A stretch of DNA of 64,000 nt, taken from assembly GCF_022045235.1 (NCBI RefSeq), contig NW_027266297.1, positions 68,076,001-68,140,000 on the forward strand, in the 5' to 3' direction. Positions within the stretch are counted from its first letter, which is position 1; each line of letters opens with the position of its first letter. Below the pieces are notes generated by a model. The model was not told where the DNA came from. It made no database searches and was given only the letters and a program-made list of their open reading frames with translations. The DNA comes from Haliotis cracherodii. Taxonomy: Eukaryota. Shown here piece by piece: positions 11,011 through 24,400 of the stretch. The translations under genes and the position numbers were made by a program.

Positions 11011-12223
11011 AATGTGAGACGTGAATATTGTGCTGCTGACATTTTTAGCCAGGACACTGAACATTTCACTGGATAACCGGTGCAACCTGAATGCACGATG
11101 CGTTGTACCAGTATGGCAGACATTTTTGTGTTTCCCGCCAAGTGTGTAATACCAGGTCATATCCGTTGAGGGGCAATGTGTTGTAAAATCAAACATTTTT
11201 AACGCATCCTGTTCATCTTACTTCATACTTCATCATTTCTGAATATTTCTTTTAGAATTTACCATTCTGTATCTTTAACCTTTCTATTGACTTCATTGAT
11301 AATGGTCTTGTTGCACAGAACATAACATTTCAACAAACCTGTTCTAGGACATCATTTACATTCATCTCATTTGTTGGACCAAACATGCATGTGATATATA
11401 TGACATAAATTTTCATGTACACATTCTTGTTTTGTCTTTTATATCTGCTGTGATGTGGGTTGCATTTTTGTGTTTTGTAATATGGTTCAAAGCACTCTTG
11501 GGTCGCTGCTCCATGGCGTGTAGAGCATCTGAAAGGTATGGGGTACAGTCCCTGGCTGTGTCATACCAAAATGCATTAAAATTGGTACTTGTTACCCTGC
11601 TTGGAACTCGTTAAGGGGATAAAACTGGTCAGCTCCATGTTGGTTTGTTGTTTTACGCCGCATTCTGCAATATTCCAGCTATATGACAATAGTCTGTAAA
11701 TAATTGTGTCTTGAGCACACAATACAGTGATTGACGCATCAATCCATGCAATTGGGATATGTTGACATGCATCATCCAAGTCAGCGAGCCTGACTACCCG
11801 ATCCTCTTGGTCACCTCTTATGACAAGCATAGTCACCTTATATGGCAAGCATGGGTTGCTGAAGACCTATTGGCATACTGTGAGTGCAACATGGATATCA
11901 GTTGGCTAGCACTACAAATTAGTCCACACCAGAACAAATATCCATTCAAGTTCAAAACTTGTTTTGTAAATATCAGTATGGTACACGTGCAGTATTATCT
12001 CTCTTATCAGTAGTACACTGATATACTTATAGAATTGCAGCTACACCTGGGCACATGATGTACACAAGCAGTTTCAGTACTCTTTAATGTTATATGGACA
12101 TACTGGTGTATGTTCTTGTATTTTATAACAAGATGAGTACATGAATTCTTACACAACTTTTGTAAAGTCAGTAGGACATGCAAGTTTATTTTCTTTTATT
12201 ACCCATTGTTTTGTCATCCTTTT

Positions 12224-12454
12224 GAGATCTGGGTAAGAATAGGTCTTGGCAACCCATGCTAGCTGTAAAAGGCGACTGATGGGATCGGGTGGTCAGACTT
12301 GCTGACTTGGTTGATGCATGTCATTGATCCCAATTGCGTGGATATATGCTCATGATGTCAATCACTGGATTGTCTGGTCCAGACTCTATTTACAGAGTCC
12401 CGTCATATAGCTGGAATATTGCAGAGTGCGACGTTAAACAACAAAACCAACCAA
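12224..12454 (+). mobile_element. Non-tRNA short retroposon family D
   Basis: Consensus GACCCGTGAAGATCCGGGGTAGAATAGGTCTTCAGCAACCCATGCTTGCCGTAAGAGGCGACTAACGGGATC...ATAGCTGGAATATTGCTGAGTGCGGCGTTAAACAACAAAC. Copies at 6209-6260, 8545-8690(-), 11643-11872(-), 12754-12890, 13891-14102, 18667-18926(-), 39534-39680(-), 40890-41059 and 56007-56177(-). Confidence 0.85.
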
Positions 12455-13369
12455 TCCTTGCGAGCTCCCCTTGGAAAAATGCACTGATCATGACTCATCT
12501 CAGCACCTTACAATAGTCGAATGTTGACAAAGTTCAGTGAAGTCGATTCTAGTTTGTCATTCCACCAATGGAAACGATACACCTGTGCACATCAAGACAT
12601 TGTTGCTAGTGCAGAAACATTTTTTTCAATAAAATTGGATATTTCTAACCATGCTAACCACATGGGTAATGCCACCTATTGTGATAAATACCCTGGACCC
12701 ATCTTGTTCCTTCCTGTCCAAGAGTATTGTGAATGGATGTTTATTTTATTTTCTAGAAATAGGTCTTCAGCAACCCATGCTGCCGTAAGAGGAGACAAAT
12801 GGGATTTGGTGGTCAGGCCCACTGACGCGGTTGACGCTTGTCATTGTAGCCCAATTGTGTAGATAGATGCTCATGATATCAATCACAGGTCCAGTCTATT
12901 TGTCAAGGGAGGGCAATTCATAGAACATCCTTTATACCAGGTGAATCCAATCAACAAAATAATCTTTTCCCAAAAATGAGCAACAGCAGTATACTTTGAT
13001 ACCTTTTATTTATTTTGTTTCAAATACTTCCATGTGGTATGTTTCTACATCGTAATTCACTGTCATGGTATGCATGATCATGAGTAAACATTCAGACATC
13101 CATAAAATATATTCTGACAGACCAGACCAACACCATTACAATGTTTTCAAATCATTCTGATACATGTAATATCTTAAGTGAAATGTATAACAAATTGTTA
13201 CAAAAATCACATTGTCTACACTCTAAACTAGATCCATTGTATTTTCCTTGCTTTATACAACTCAACCTCACCTTCAGTATCTGATGGGACTGACGACTTT
13301 TTTATATTAAGGTTTTGGGTGATAAACATAATGCAAAAGAAGTCTAGGCAGCGGTAGAAACAAACGTTT

Positions 13370-13504
13370 TTGGTCCACTAGTCCTTATAATGATAATATA
13401 TAGCAAAGCCCTAAAAAATGGCAAATGTCTACTAGTCCTTATGATACCTTAACTACTGGGCAGTTTGGCAAGGACTGCAGGACTAGTGCCAATTTCTAAC
13501 CCTG
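13370..13504 (-). mobile_element. Dispersed DNA-transposon-like end fragment (copies also at about 33840-33980 and 62320-62450)
   Basis: Shared TTAGAAATTGGCACTAGTCC...GTCCTTGCCAAACTGCCCAGTAGTTAAGG...GGACTAGT sequence. Confidence 0.7.
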
Positions 13505-13890
13505 CTCGGCATACTAAGAATGAATTGCTGTTTCTTGTAATTCATTTTTGATTTTTGCAATTATGTTTTGTCTTGCTGAAAGTGATGTATCATTAGTACT
13601 GTAAAACTAGCATCCTTCAACAATCAGCATCCATTCATAAAGGAACTGGCTTGATCAAAACAGTTTGGATCAATTGGAAAAAATGCTTTTGTAATGCAAA
13701 TTACACCAAGATAAAGTGAAATGGGTATGTGATGTAATATCTATTTTGAGACATCTTGATAAGATGGTGTCAACTTAAAGCAACCATGATAACAATGGGT
13801 TAGTTATCATAACAATACAAAACCACAAAAGTGGTTCATTACACTTGTGTCCCAAGCTAAATGTTAAACTTTGACAGCATAAATAATTGT

Positions 13891-14102
13891 CTTGTGAAGA
13901 TTCCGGGTTAGACTGGTCTTGTGACTAACAGGATCGGGTGGTCAGGCTCGCTGACTTGGTTGATGCATGTCATCACATCACAATTGCGTATATCGACACT
14001 CATGATGTCAATTTCTTGATTTTCTGGTAGAGATTCGATTATTTACAGACCGCCATCATGTAGCTGGAATATTGCTGAGTGCGTTGTTAAACAACAAACA
14101 AA
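13891..14102 (+). mobile_element. Family D copy with deletion in the head
   Basis: Matches family D body and tail. Confidence 0.8.
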
Positions 14103-14660
14103 GCGTAAATAATAACATATGCACTTGTCCATGTTCAGGGACCAGATATCTTTACACATGTTTGACTTGACTCCTTACAAGTGTAGAGCTGTAAACATCA
14201 AAACATCCTATAAAGGTGATATGCCTGATAAATACTGCACAGACAAAGAGTAAACAACATATAGATTCAGCTTGAGCCAAGCACTAATAAAGCTATGTGT
14301 TATTTCTTGTAATACTTGGTGAGTTTTTTTCTGGTCAGTGGCAGAAATTATAAAAGGTTCCAAAACAGTTTTCCGTAAACTTGGAAAGTGACCTTTTTAA
14401 AGAAGGGTGAAATGAAGTGAAAAACTGGTCTCTTTATCTGTCAATTTAAGTTAGGACTTAAAAGATTTAAAAGTGAACATTATATATGAACCTACATTGT
14501 TTCAAAAAGAGCAACATTTCATTCATAAATACTTGCCTAAGTTAAATGTAAAGGCGTAATGTATTTGTCCATTGTCACCTTGGTATTGTGACGTCATAGT
14601 TTCCTAAATGTTATGACTTCACGTAACTATATGTTACTACTTCATGTCCGTTATTCAGTT

Positions 14661-14709
14661 ATGGCCTGATGAGACTCGTACGTGGTACAAGTTGAAAGTG
14701 CTAGCCTAT
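14661..14709 (+). ncRNA. Minimal type I hammerhead ribozyme motif (Penelope-like element terminus), partly decayed
   Basis: auGGC-CUGAUGA-[GACUCGUAC gug GUACAAGUU]-GAAA-GUGC-UA|GCCuau, followed by ATTAAA. Confidence 0.7.
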
Positions 14710-15883
14710 TAAAACTGTGTTCAATCTTACTCCACTTATTTAATTATTACTATATATATATTGTGAAATCCTGGTTGGTTCATTACCAAGTGCTCTGAAT
14801 AAAAACACCCTGCTTTCACACATAAACACCAAAATCTATCCCCACAAACTAACCTCCACAGTGCAATACTCATCTCTTATCAGGTGAACATTTAATACTG
14901 GCAAAATACAAATGACACACAAATCATAAAAAAAAAATCATAAAAAAACTGTTATGAGAAAACTGCACTAGCATTGTCAGTTCAGGAACAAAGTATTTAC
15001 TTCATAATTGATATCACCACAATCAATAACCCGATTCCAACTACCGGTATCACAATCCTTACTTCAACAAAAAGGTCAACACTTTGCCTAATCCTGACAA
15101 CCAAAAGATTAATTAAAAACAAACTTGAAGAAATTACATTCCTGTGGAAAGATAAGCTTTACAAAAGGCAGGTACAGTGGAACAGTCTCTTGAACCTGAA
15201 GTGAGTTTGGATTTAACGCCACTCTGAACATTGTGAGTAAGTGGGTTGGGTTTACGCCGCTTTTAACAGTATTCCAGTTATATCACTACGTGTCAGCCTA
15301 ATGTGGCGATGCAGGTCTCAGACGTTTACCACTTCGGTGAAACCCACAAACATGGGTATGGTGCTGACAAACCTAGAAACAATCAGGGCGAACCAGGATT
15401 CGAACCCACAATCTTAGATTTCAGGCATGCTCAAGGAACGCAACTCTGCACAGCGAACACTCTAAACAAAGTTTCAGTAATATCACAGCATATTGGCATA
15501 ATGGAGACACAGGGCGCAGACAATTACCACTTTGGAAAAACCCATGTTCAGCGGCATGTACGGACTAACCAGGGCTTTAGAAGGCCATGATGGACAGTGT
15601 GTGCACAGTGACTTGCCTCACCTTGGTCAGAAAGTAAAGTAAGGCCAGGCGTTTTATATTTTTTCGATTACGGATCCGCTGACTCTTGAGAAAATGTAAA
15701 AAATAAAAAATCAGATTTCCCTTTTTTTTCCCCGCCAATAGCCGCGTAGTCAGTTATTTTATTTGTTATCATCACCTTTTGATAAAAAACATGAAAAAAA
15801 TAATACATCTGGCTTCCCCCCCCCCCCCCCCCCCCCCACCTCCAACCCTGGAATTTGGGCTGAAAAATCTGTAATCCTAAATA

Positions 15884-16410
15884 CAGTCGTGCCCCGCTTA
15901 TACGGACTTCGGATATCCGGAAACCTCGGTTCCAGGACGATTTTCATTCAAAACGAAATAATGACTATATAAATTTACCCGTATATGCGGAAATTCAGTT
16001 TCCGGAACCGGACGGTCATTTTCATACACAAAACACTGAAATGCACACAAAATTGTCTCACTTCTCCGGACAATACATATAATCCTTCCGCTGATGGTAA
16101 TCCTTTGACTCGTGAGAAGTCAATTAACCAAGTGACACTGAGTTACGTTTGAGCTACGAGCTTGTTTATTGTACATGTAATCCCCAAGCACAAGTTTGTG
16201 GCTTGTATAGAGACCTTGATGAAATATATCGAGAACACAGGCGATCTGGACAATTTGGAATTATTGTTTAAAATTCAACCTCAAAATGTGGTAAAGTTCA
16301 AACTTCCATGACAGACTTCCAGTAAGAAGCTGGTTTCAGTTATACGGAAATTCGTTTATGCGGACGAATTGAGAATTGATGCAAGTGTCCGTATAAACGA
16401 GGCACGACTG
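15884..16410. mobile_element. Tc1/mariner (pogo/Tigger-type) MITE with TA TSD, nested inside another TIR element (15642-16438)
   Basis: TA-CAGTCGTGCCCCGCTTATACGGAC...GTCCGTATAAACGAGGCACGACTG-TA; outer TIRs AGGCCAGGC / GCCTGGCCT. Confidence 0.85.
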
Positions 16411-16789
16411 TACATGTATTAAAAAAAAAGCCTGGCCTAAATGATTACCTAAGACAAAACAGACTGATGCTTGTTTGGCAACATTTTTGTCTATACATAT
16501 TTTGAATATAAAATTACAGCAGCTTCTTGTCAAGGTTTGAAACAATTGCAAATATATCTCACTATTTACACACTATTTCTTGTACTTTTAGCTATCTGGA
16601 GGTATATGAACCAAAAGTCTTCACAGGAAACAATGGTTATTACCCAAACTGACCATCAACGCCTCAAGGACTAGGCATTAAAATAGGCCTGAGGCTTCAC
16701 ATGCAAGAGTTCAAATAAAGAGTCTTCCACTGTACAAAGTACAAGTAATATGTTCATGATCTGTTGTGTGCAACTAAACTATCAAAGAT

Positions 16790-17073
16790 GAGTGAGTGAG
16801 TGAGTTGGGTTTAACGCCGCTTTTAACAGTATTCCAGTTATATTGCGGCGTGTCAGCTTAATGTGGGAGGAAAGCCCGAAGTGATGCAGGTCTCAGACAT
16901 TTACCACTTCGATGAAACCCACGAGCACGGGTATGGTGCTGACAAACCTAGAAACATAATCGGGGTGAACCGGGTTTCGAACCCACAATCATTGGTTTCT
17001 GGCGTGCCCAAGGGACGCAACTCTGCACAGCGAATTGCGGCGCCGTCGATGACTGGGCCACCCGTGCCCCCCG
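16790..17073 (-). mobile_element. SINE family C with 11-bp TSD
   Basis: Full reverse-complement copy flanked by ATCAAAGATGA; another minus-strand copy at about 15233-15468. Confidence 0.88.
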
Positions 17074-17738
17074 ATCAAAGATGAAGGAATGCAAACAAAG
17101 ACTCACAAAGTCCCCAAAAGAGTATCACTGAACACGTCTAATAACACATCAGCTTCCCACACAATGTTGATGTTCCACACACAACTATCAACATTTTACA
17201 TGAGAAATATGCTCACCATCAAAAGAAACACAAATTCCATACATGTTGGCTATTATATGAAGAACTACTCAGACTATAGAGATATTAGATTGGTTTGACA
17301 TACAAACGAACATACTGTTATGTTGCGTGAACGACACTCATAACGCATCACATGTGACGTCATAGATCCATGACTCAAGATCCACTGTTTGTCTCGTGCA
17401 GGATTAGTGTGTAAAGTTTGGAAATTGCGTGCAGCATATTGTGGTAAGAATAAAGACACGCTATGGTAACACTTGACTGTTTGTTAGTTTTGTCATTTAG
17501 TGGTTCACATTGGAAACATCTCTCCTCAATGTACCTAATTCTATATATGTTTTAATGATTGGGTTTCTTTTGGCGTTGAGTATAGTACAGCAGTGTGTGC
17601 AGATTACCTTCAGTGAATTAACGAATCTGTAGCCCACAATGCCCAGGGAAAGTCAACAATATCATTGGCCATAAATGTTCCTACTCCTATCACTATGATC
17701 AGTTGTGTCATAATAATGAAATGTCTTCAATTTGTATT

Positions 17739-18252
17739 CAATCTCCTTAAAATCAGATCTTAGTTCTCGCTGTCGCTAAACAAATATCTGAGGACATCCC
17801 ATTACGGGTCACGTCAGACCGACCTTTCGCAAACTCTGACCGACCAATGGTATTACAAGAAGACAAGAAGTCGATATTAGCCAATCAGACGGCAGCTTTC
17901 TCGTGATTTACGGCACTAATTTCAAATTGGCGACTTTGCTTTGAAACATATTTTGACAAATTCTCGCTTAAAAATTTGAAACCTGAACAAAAGAACATTC
18001 TTGAATGGCTAATATATGGTCTAGATTGTATAGATTCAGTCGTTAAGCCCGTAACTATCATTTGGAATACACTGTTTTAAAGTTTTCGAGGCTGCATGAT
18101 TAGAAATCACATTCCGACTGTGACTTTCATGATCTGGTAAGCAACGCTCTGATTGTTCGGATGAAAGGTCGTTCTGACGTGACCCCTAATGGCATGTCCT
18201 CAGATCCTTGTTTAGCGGTAGCGAGAACTAAGATCCGATTTTAATGAGATTG
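17739..18252. mobile_element. Mutator-like MITE with long (about 90-bp) TIRs and 9-bp TSD
   Basis: CAATCTCCTTAAAATCAGATCTTAGTTCTCGC...GCGAGAACTAAGATCCGATTTTAATGAGATTG; TSD ATTTGTATT at 17730-17738 and 18253-18261. Confidence 0.88.
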
Positions 18253-18435
18253 ATTTGTATTAAAACTGTTCAGAACCCTCTACAGTACATCTTAAAACTG
18301 TCACAATTCACTGCGATCCAGTATGAATCCACCTTAGAAGACAAAACTATCTCTCACAGTGCACCCTCTATAGCTGTCTGTTTCAGATTCCCAACATTTG
18401 ATATATATATATTCTACAGCAGTGGGAGGCCAACA

Positions 18436-18480
18436 TTAACTGCGGATCTTCTCAAAAATACCTTTTACCTCTTCCCACAC
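18436..18480 (-). CDS. CMPK1: CMPK1 exon 6 (terminal coding part)
   Basis: ttacag|[17 protein letters not shown], matching the short C-terminal helix of UMP-CMP kinases. Confidence 0.85.
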   Translation of the reverse strand: MWEEVKGIFEKIRS

Positions 18481-21400
18481 CTGTAAGTAAATAAAAAACA
18501 TAATCATATTAAACTGCTTGAAACCAGGTGTCATGTCCACACTGATGTAAAAATACTACTCCACTTTTGGCTTTTAATACACAAAACTGACTCTCATAAT
18601 ATGTCTGAGAGTTTGTTTAAATAGAGTTACATATTTGACTATCAGTACCACGAGTTGACTAATATATTTGTTTGTTTGAAGTTTAATGCCGCACTCAGCA
18701 ATATTCCAGCTATATGACGGTGGTCTGTAAATCATCAAGTCTGGACCTGACAACCCAGTGATTGACATCATGAGCATCGATCCAAGCAATTGGGATCGAT
18801 GACATGCTTCAACCAAGTCAGCGAGACTGACCACCGGATCCCGTTAGTCGCCTCTTAAGACAAGAATAGTTGCCTTTCATAGCAAGCATTGGTTGCTGAA
18901 GACCTTTTCTACCCCGGATGTTCATGGTACTTCTGACAGGTCCCGCAACATGTTGCCCACTTAGCATATCCCATTGAGGCAGCTTGTGAGTTGGCGAGTG
19001 AATGTTTTTTAACACCAGGGTCAACACTGTTCCAGATATATCACCGGACTGTAAATAACCAAGCCTAGACCAGTCATATCAGTGGTTGACAGCATGAGCA
19101 AATCTAAATGCCAGCAGAGTTCGACTGCCTCATCCATAGAAACACATATGCAGATAAAAAAACACACAGACAAACAATCAACACATACACAAAGAACCAA
19201 CACACATGCAAACAAAAAATACACACACTAACACACACTAGGGCTGGGACGGGTAACTCGGGTACCCAGGACTACTCGGACCGGTGGTTAGTCACGTGAT
19301 ATGTTGATGATTGACTAAAGTTACCTAGAACTCTATGGTTAAACTACAAGTCAGAATTTCTTTCTGACTATGCACCCATTCCATGTGATTTTTTATATAT
19401 GTATCTAAATACGTTTTGCCAGGGCTATTCCCAATCGGACATTTTGAGAAAGCTGAGACTTTCGGTGGGTACCCGGGTAGGGTCGGGTGATAGGGGGGTA
19501 GGTACCCGGGTATTAAATTTGGACTCGTCCCAGCCCATTANNNNNNNNNNNNNNNNNNNNNNNNNNNNNNNNNNNNNNNNNNNNNNNNNNNNNNNNNNNN
19601 NNNNNNNNNNNNNNNNNNNNNNNNNNNNNNNNNNNNNNNNNNNNNNNNNNNNNNNNNNNNNNNNNNNNNNNNNNNNNNNNNNNNNNNNNNNNNNNNNNNN
19701 NNNNNNNNNNNNNNNNNNNNNNNNNNNNNNNNNNNNNNNNNNNNNNNNNNNNNNNNTATATTATTATTGCCTCCATTCCCTCAAGGACTTACATCATCCA
19801 GCGTCTTGTCGGCTTGTATTTCTGACACAAGATTCAGATTGCGGTAATGTTCAATCACAGGCAGTGTTGAGTCTCTGTATGTGACAATCCTGGAGTACAA
19901 ACAAATAAGGATATCAAAACGTGAAAACTTCAAGATTAAAGCTGTCAGTTGAATGAAATAAATAAATGTATAATATATCTATGCTGTGTTTAAAAGAAAT
20001 ACAGTTAAGCCTGAACATATCAACTTGTTAGGACTATAAACATAAGGTTGGTTTATAAGAATATTTTAAATTCATCACATGTTACAGCTCACAGAAAAGC
20101 AAAATTATTCACTTTTTATCATTCTTTGTTTACTAAAACTACAAACACACTTTTATGTTTATACAAGTATAACATTCAACAACATCATGATTTTTTACTT
20201 TTCTCTTGAACTCATTTAATAATAATCAATAATTAATTTTTGTTGTGTTCATTGAAATTCCTGTATTCTGATTAGCTGAATTGGTCATGTTTTATTGCAT
20301 TCATTTCCCAATGAATTTAAAAAATTAAGCCACGCCCACCGAGGCACACTACTTTTATTACTGCGGAATTTGGGGGAATTCCAATATTACAGTCAAGAGA
20401 ATTTCCTTTCTGCTCACATTCTGCTTTCTGTATTGTCATGCACATTTAGCGACATTCATGCATATTCATTGTCTAAACTTCCCTGTGAAACCAAAGGCCG
20501 AGAAGGAATGAAACAGCAAACATGCAGGCTAGCTCGCCTGATTTTTCCCCCCCTCGCCTGTTTCTTCCCTGCTTGCCTGTTGTTTTTTTCCCACTCGCCT
20601 TTCACAACTTTTATGCGGATTCACAGTTTGCACATCCTCAATGAACAAAAATACCCAACACAGTCAATACTTAAATGAATTCATAATTAAGAATTAATTG
20701 ATGAATACTTCATTATTTTTCCAGAGACAACTGCAGTTTCAAAGCCTTTTAGCATTTTTCTAAAGTATGTCAAAGAATGTGTTCTTACAATTACAATTTA
20801 TTTACCTTTTCTTTAAACTTTCTTCATTGTCATCTGATCTGCCGCTAGTTTTGCCTCTGTTTAAACAACGTTCAATACAAACCTGCAACAAATAAACTGA
20901 AACTTTGAACATTTAACACATGGGGTCGGAAAATAGGCACCATAGTGGATTAAATTGCGTTCAAGATTAGTGCACTTATATAGTGACATGCACTATAGTG
21001 CTAGTCCACGGAGATACCATGCAACAGCTTTAACATGGATATGCCCCTCTCAGACACAATATACTGAGCCGACGAGTGCTTGTAAATCCCCATAATGCCA
21101 AGTGCCAGTCAGGGTAACAACAAGTACCATCATTATTTTCTTTTGGTATGACGTAGCCAGGGATCGACCAACCAACCTTCTGCTCCCTGAGGAGACACTC
21201 TAGACCACGGACGCAGACACTAATCATATCAGGAAGTTGTGTTGATAATTCACTTTGAGGCTCATATACTTCCCATGCAAGCCCCGACTGAGGTTAATGT
21301 ATACAAAAAATTCACATAATAGAATGGAGACAACATATTCATTATTCAATGACTGATTGACTGCATATTACTGCAAAATAAAGAGGGCTCATATGCAATC

Positions 21401-24400
21401 ATGAATCATATAGAGAATCCACAGCTCACATGTCCATGCTGCCATCTGAGTGCTTATGCATATACATTTTGTGACACTCAATTAACATGCATGAAGGAGT
21501 AAACATGGACTTACGCCATCTGAACAGTTGAAGAACAACACCCTCTTTATCTCGGTCAGTTCAGACATGGCTCGGTTCCATCCATCAAGGTTATCCTGGT
21601 TCCGAGGAAATCCATCGATCAGAAAGTTTTGTCTACCACTCTTCTCCATGGCCTGGAAGACAAAATAGTGTTCCCCTCTAGAACTAGTTTCTGGTTACGT
21701 CGAAACCTAATTAGTAGATTCACATGTTTGTTCAAACATCAACAGTCTCAGAAAAATCAAATCTTTTACTCTAATACGATACCTCAAAGAAGAAAAATAA
21801 GACAAAAAGAATTTCTCTGAGCAGCATTTTTGACACAGTACAACTCCCAAATGATTAAGTCGCAATTCCTCTGTGAAACACTTGACACAAGCATTTTCTG
21901 CTGATCAAGAAGACAAAATGAGTCCTTGGTTTACTGGCCCCAGGTCAAATATTTTCTCAGCAATCACTGATAGAAACTCACAAAAACATTCCAAGACTTG
22001 ATTTGACGAACAATATCTGTGCTTCAGAGTCAATTTGAAACTAAGATTATTGAAATACAATAAAACACGGATACAGTGTTCCCTCGTTATTGCGCCCTTC
22101 GATATAGTGCTAATTCGGTTATAGAGCGCGGTAAAGCATAGCTCCCAAAATTTAAGAACATTTTCAATAAACTCAAGTTTTCCAATGACACGATGTTTTC
22201 CCCATATCAGAAAACATTATCAGCTGATAACCGCGATCACGTAACACCGGAAATACCAGTCAACAAATCTGAACTGAAGTACCCAATTTAATCCTATTAT
22301 AATAATATCTGGTAATATAAAAAAAGGTTCATTGTTTATCTGGACTAATGTTTGCAATAAAAATGTTTTAATTAATTACAAAATTTCATTCAATAATGTT
22401 TACAATAATTTCTGCGAAATCGTATGCGAAGTGATCGTAAGCTCGCACAACTGTATAACAAACGCGGATAGCAAGTGCAAATGGATACAACGAACTGTTA
22501 AAATCACGATTTATCTCCTATATAATCATATAAAATGTGTATATATAACGAACTCTGTGCCATCTTGCCAACCAAGGTTTTACAGGTAGTAATGTGACTG
22601 AGTTGGGATAAACATAGGACATGTTGTCAGCACAATGTTAGTGTCAAGTCCAGAGAGAAGCAGGTTATAGACATTTGCCCTTTAAGAAGAAGCAAGCATC
22701 GTAAGTGGGAAAAAATCAAGGATCTCAGCCCATGATCCTGGGGTGGCAAGGGGATGTAACTCTTTAGAGTGAGGTGAAATGGGGTTTAACGTCGCGTCCA
22801 AGATTATAGCACATATATAGCGACGTGCATGTACGTGTGTGTGTTTGTGTGGCTGCTTGTACTAGTCCGGACTGGTGCCGATTTATAGTGCTAGCTCACT
22901 GAGATACCATGCCGCAGTTTAACGACTCCAAGCCGACCAGTCCTTATTTTAGCCCCTTAAAGCCCAGCGCCAGACAGGGCAACAACAAGTACCATCTTTT
23001 AACGTCTTTTGGTATGACGCGGCCAGGGATAGAACCCCGGACCTTCCCCTCTACCACTAGACCACGGAGGTGGTCACTCTTTAGAGTGAATTGCAGCCCA
23101 CTATGACAACTGGGCCACTACTGGAGAACCAGCAATGGCCATGTACACACCCTGTGCAGCAGGGAGCAGGTGATTTCTACGGGCACGATGGTTCCATTGC
23201 GAATATGCTTTTCAATCTCATTGCCAAACGTGGAATCCTTGTTCTGGCGTTCTTCTCGAAGTAAATCACCAGCAGAAAGATGAAGAAATCCAAATTCCTA
23301 AAACAAACAACATGTACAGTGTTAGCTACATTAAGTTGACAACATATTCTTATCAGATACATAACAATTTATATATGTGTATACATCAGATAATGGTAAA
23401 GATCAATCTCATTAAAATCAGATCTTAGTTCTCGTTAAAGAACTGAGGACATCCCATTAGAGTGTCAGGTCAAAACGACCTTTCATCCGACTAATGAGAG
23501 TGTCGCATGCCAGATCAGGAAAATGACAATCAGAATGTCTTTCCTAATCATGAAACCTCAAAAATGGTTAACACAGGGTATACCGAACAACAATTACAGG
23601 CTGAACAATAGATTCTGTTAAAGCAATTTTCTATTTCTTGTTTCTATAGGATAAACATATGAAACGGAAGAGACGTTCCATAGCACTGCCATACAATCCC
23701 GGCCACCTATTTGATATTCCAGAATTTTCATTTGTCCAGTTTTCAAAGTTCCAATCCATATCTTTCAACGCATTGTCTGGAAACTAGTTTGAAACTAGTT
23801 TGAAACTAGCGCCATAAAGCTTGAGAAAGCTGCTTTCTGATTGGCTAATGTCAACTTGTTAGTCATTGTCTTGGTCAGTCAAAGTTTGCGAAAGGTTGTT
23901 CTGGTGGGACCAGTAATGAGATGTCCTCAGATCTTTGTTTAGTGGTAGCGAGAACTGAGATATGATTTTAATGAGATCAGATTAAGATTGAAAACTCATT
24001 TGCAAACAAGAAAACTTAAGTTGCCCATGTTATGTGTGTTCCTGGTCCTTCAGCTTAAATATTGAATTGGAATCTTCCTTACACCCATAGTTCCTGCAGC
24101 CCCTTGGAATGTACCAGTAATCTGGATTGTGTACCCCTTGGAGTTCATGTACCTGTAATCTGGATTGTGTACCCCTTGGAGTTCAAGTACCAGTAATCTG
24201 GATAGTGTACCCCTTGGAGTTCATGTACCAGCAATCTGGATAGTGTACCCCTTGGAGTTCATGTACCAGTAATCTGGATAGTGTACCCCCTTGGAGTTAA
24301 TGTACCAGCAATCTGGATAGTGTACCCCCTTGGAGTTAATGTACCTGTAATCTGGATAGTGTACCCCCTTGGAGTTCATGTACTGGCAATCTGGATAGTG

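Noticed and set aside
19399-19884. ORFs spanning X runs
   Set aside because: Artefacts of the N gap.
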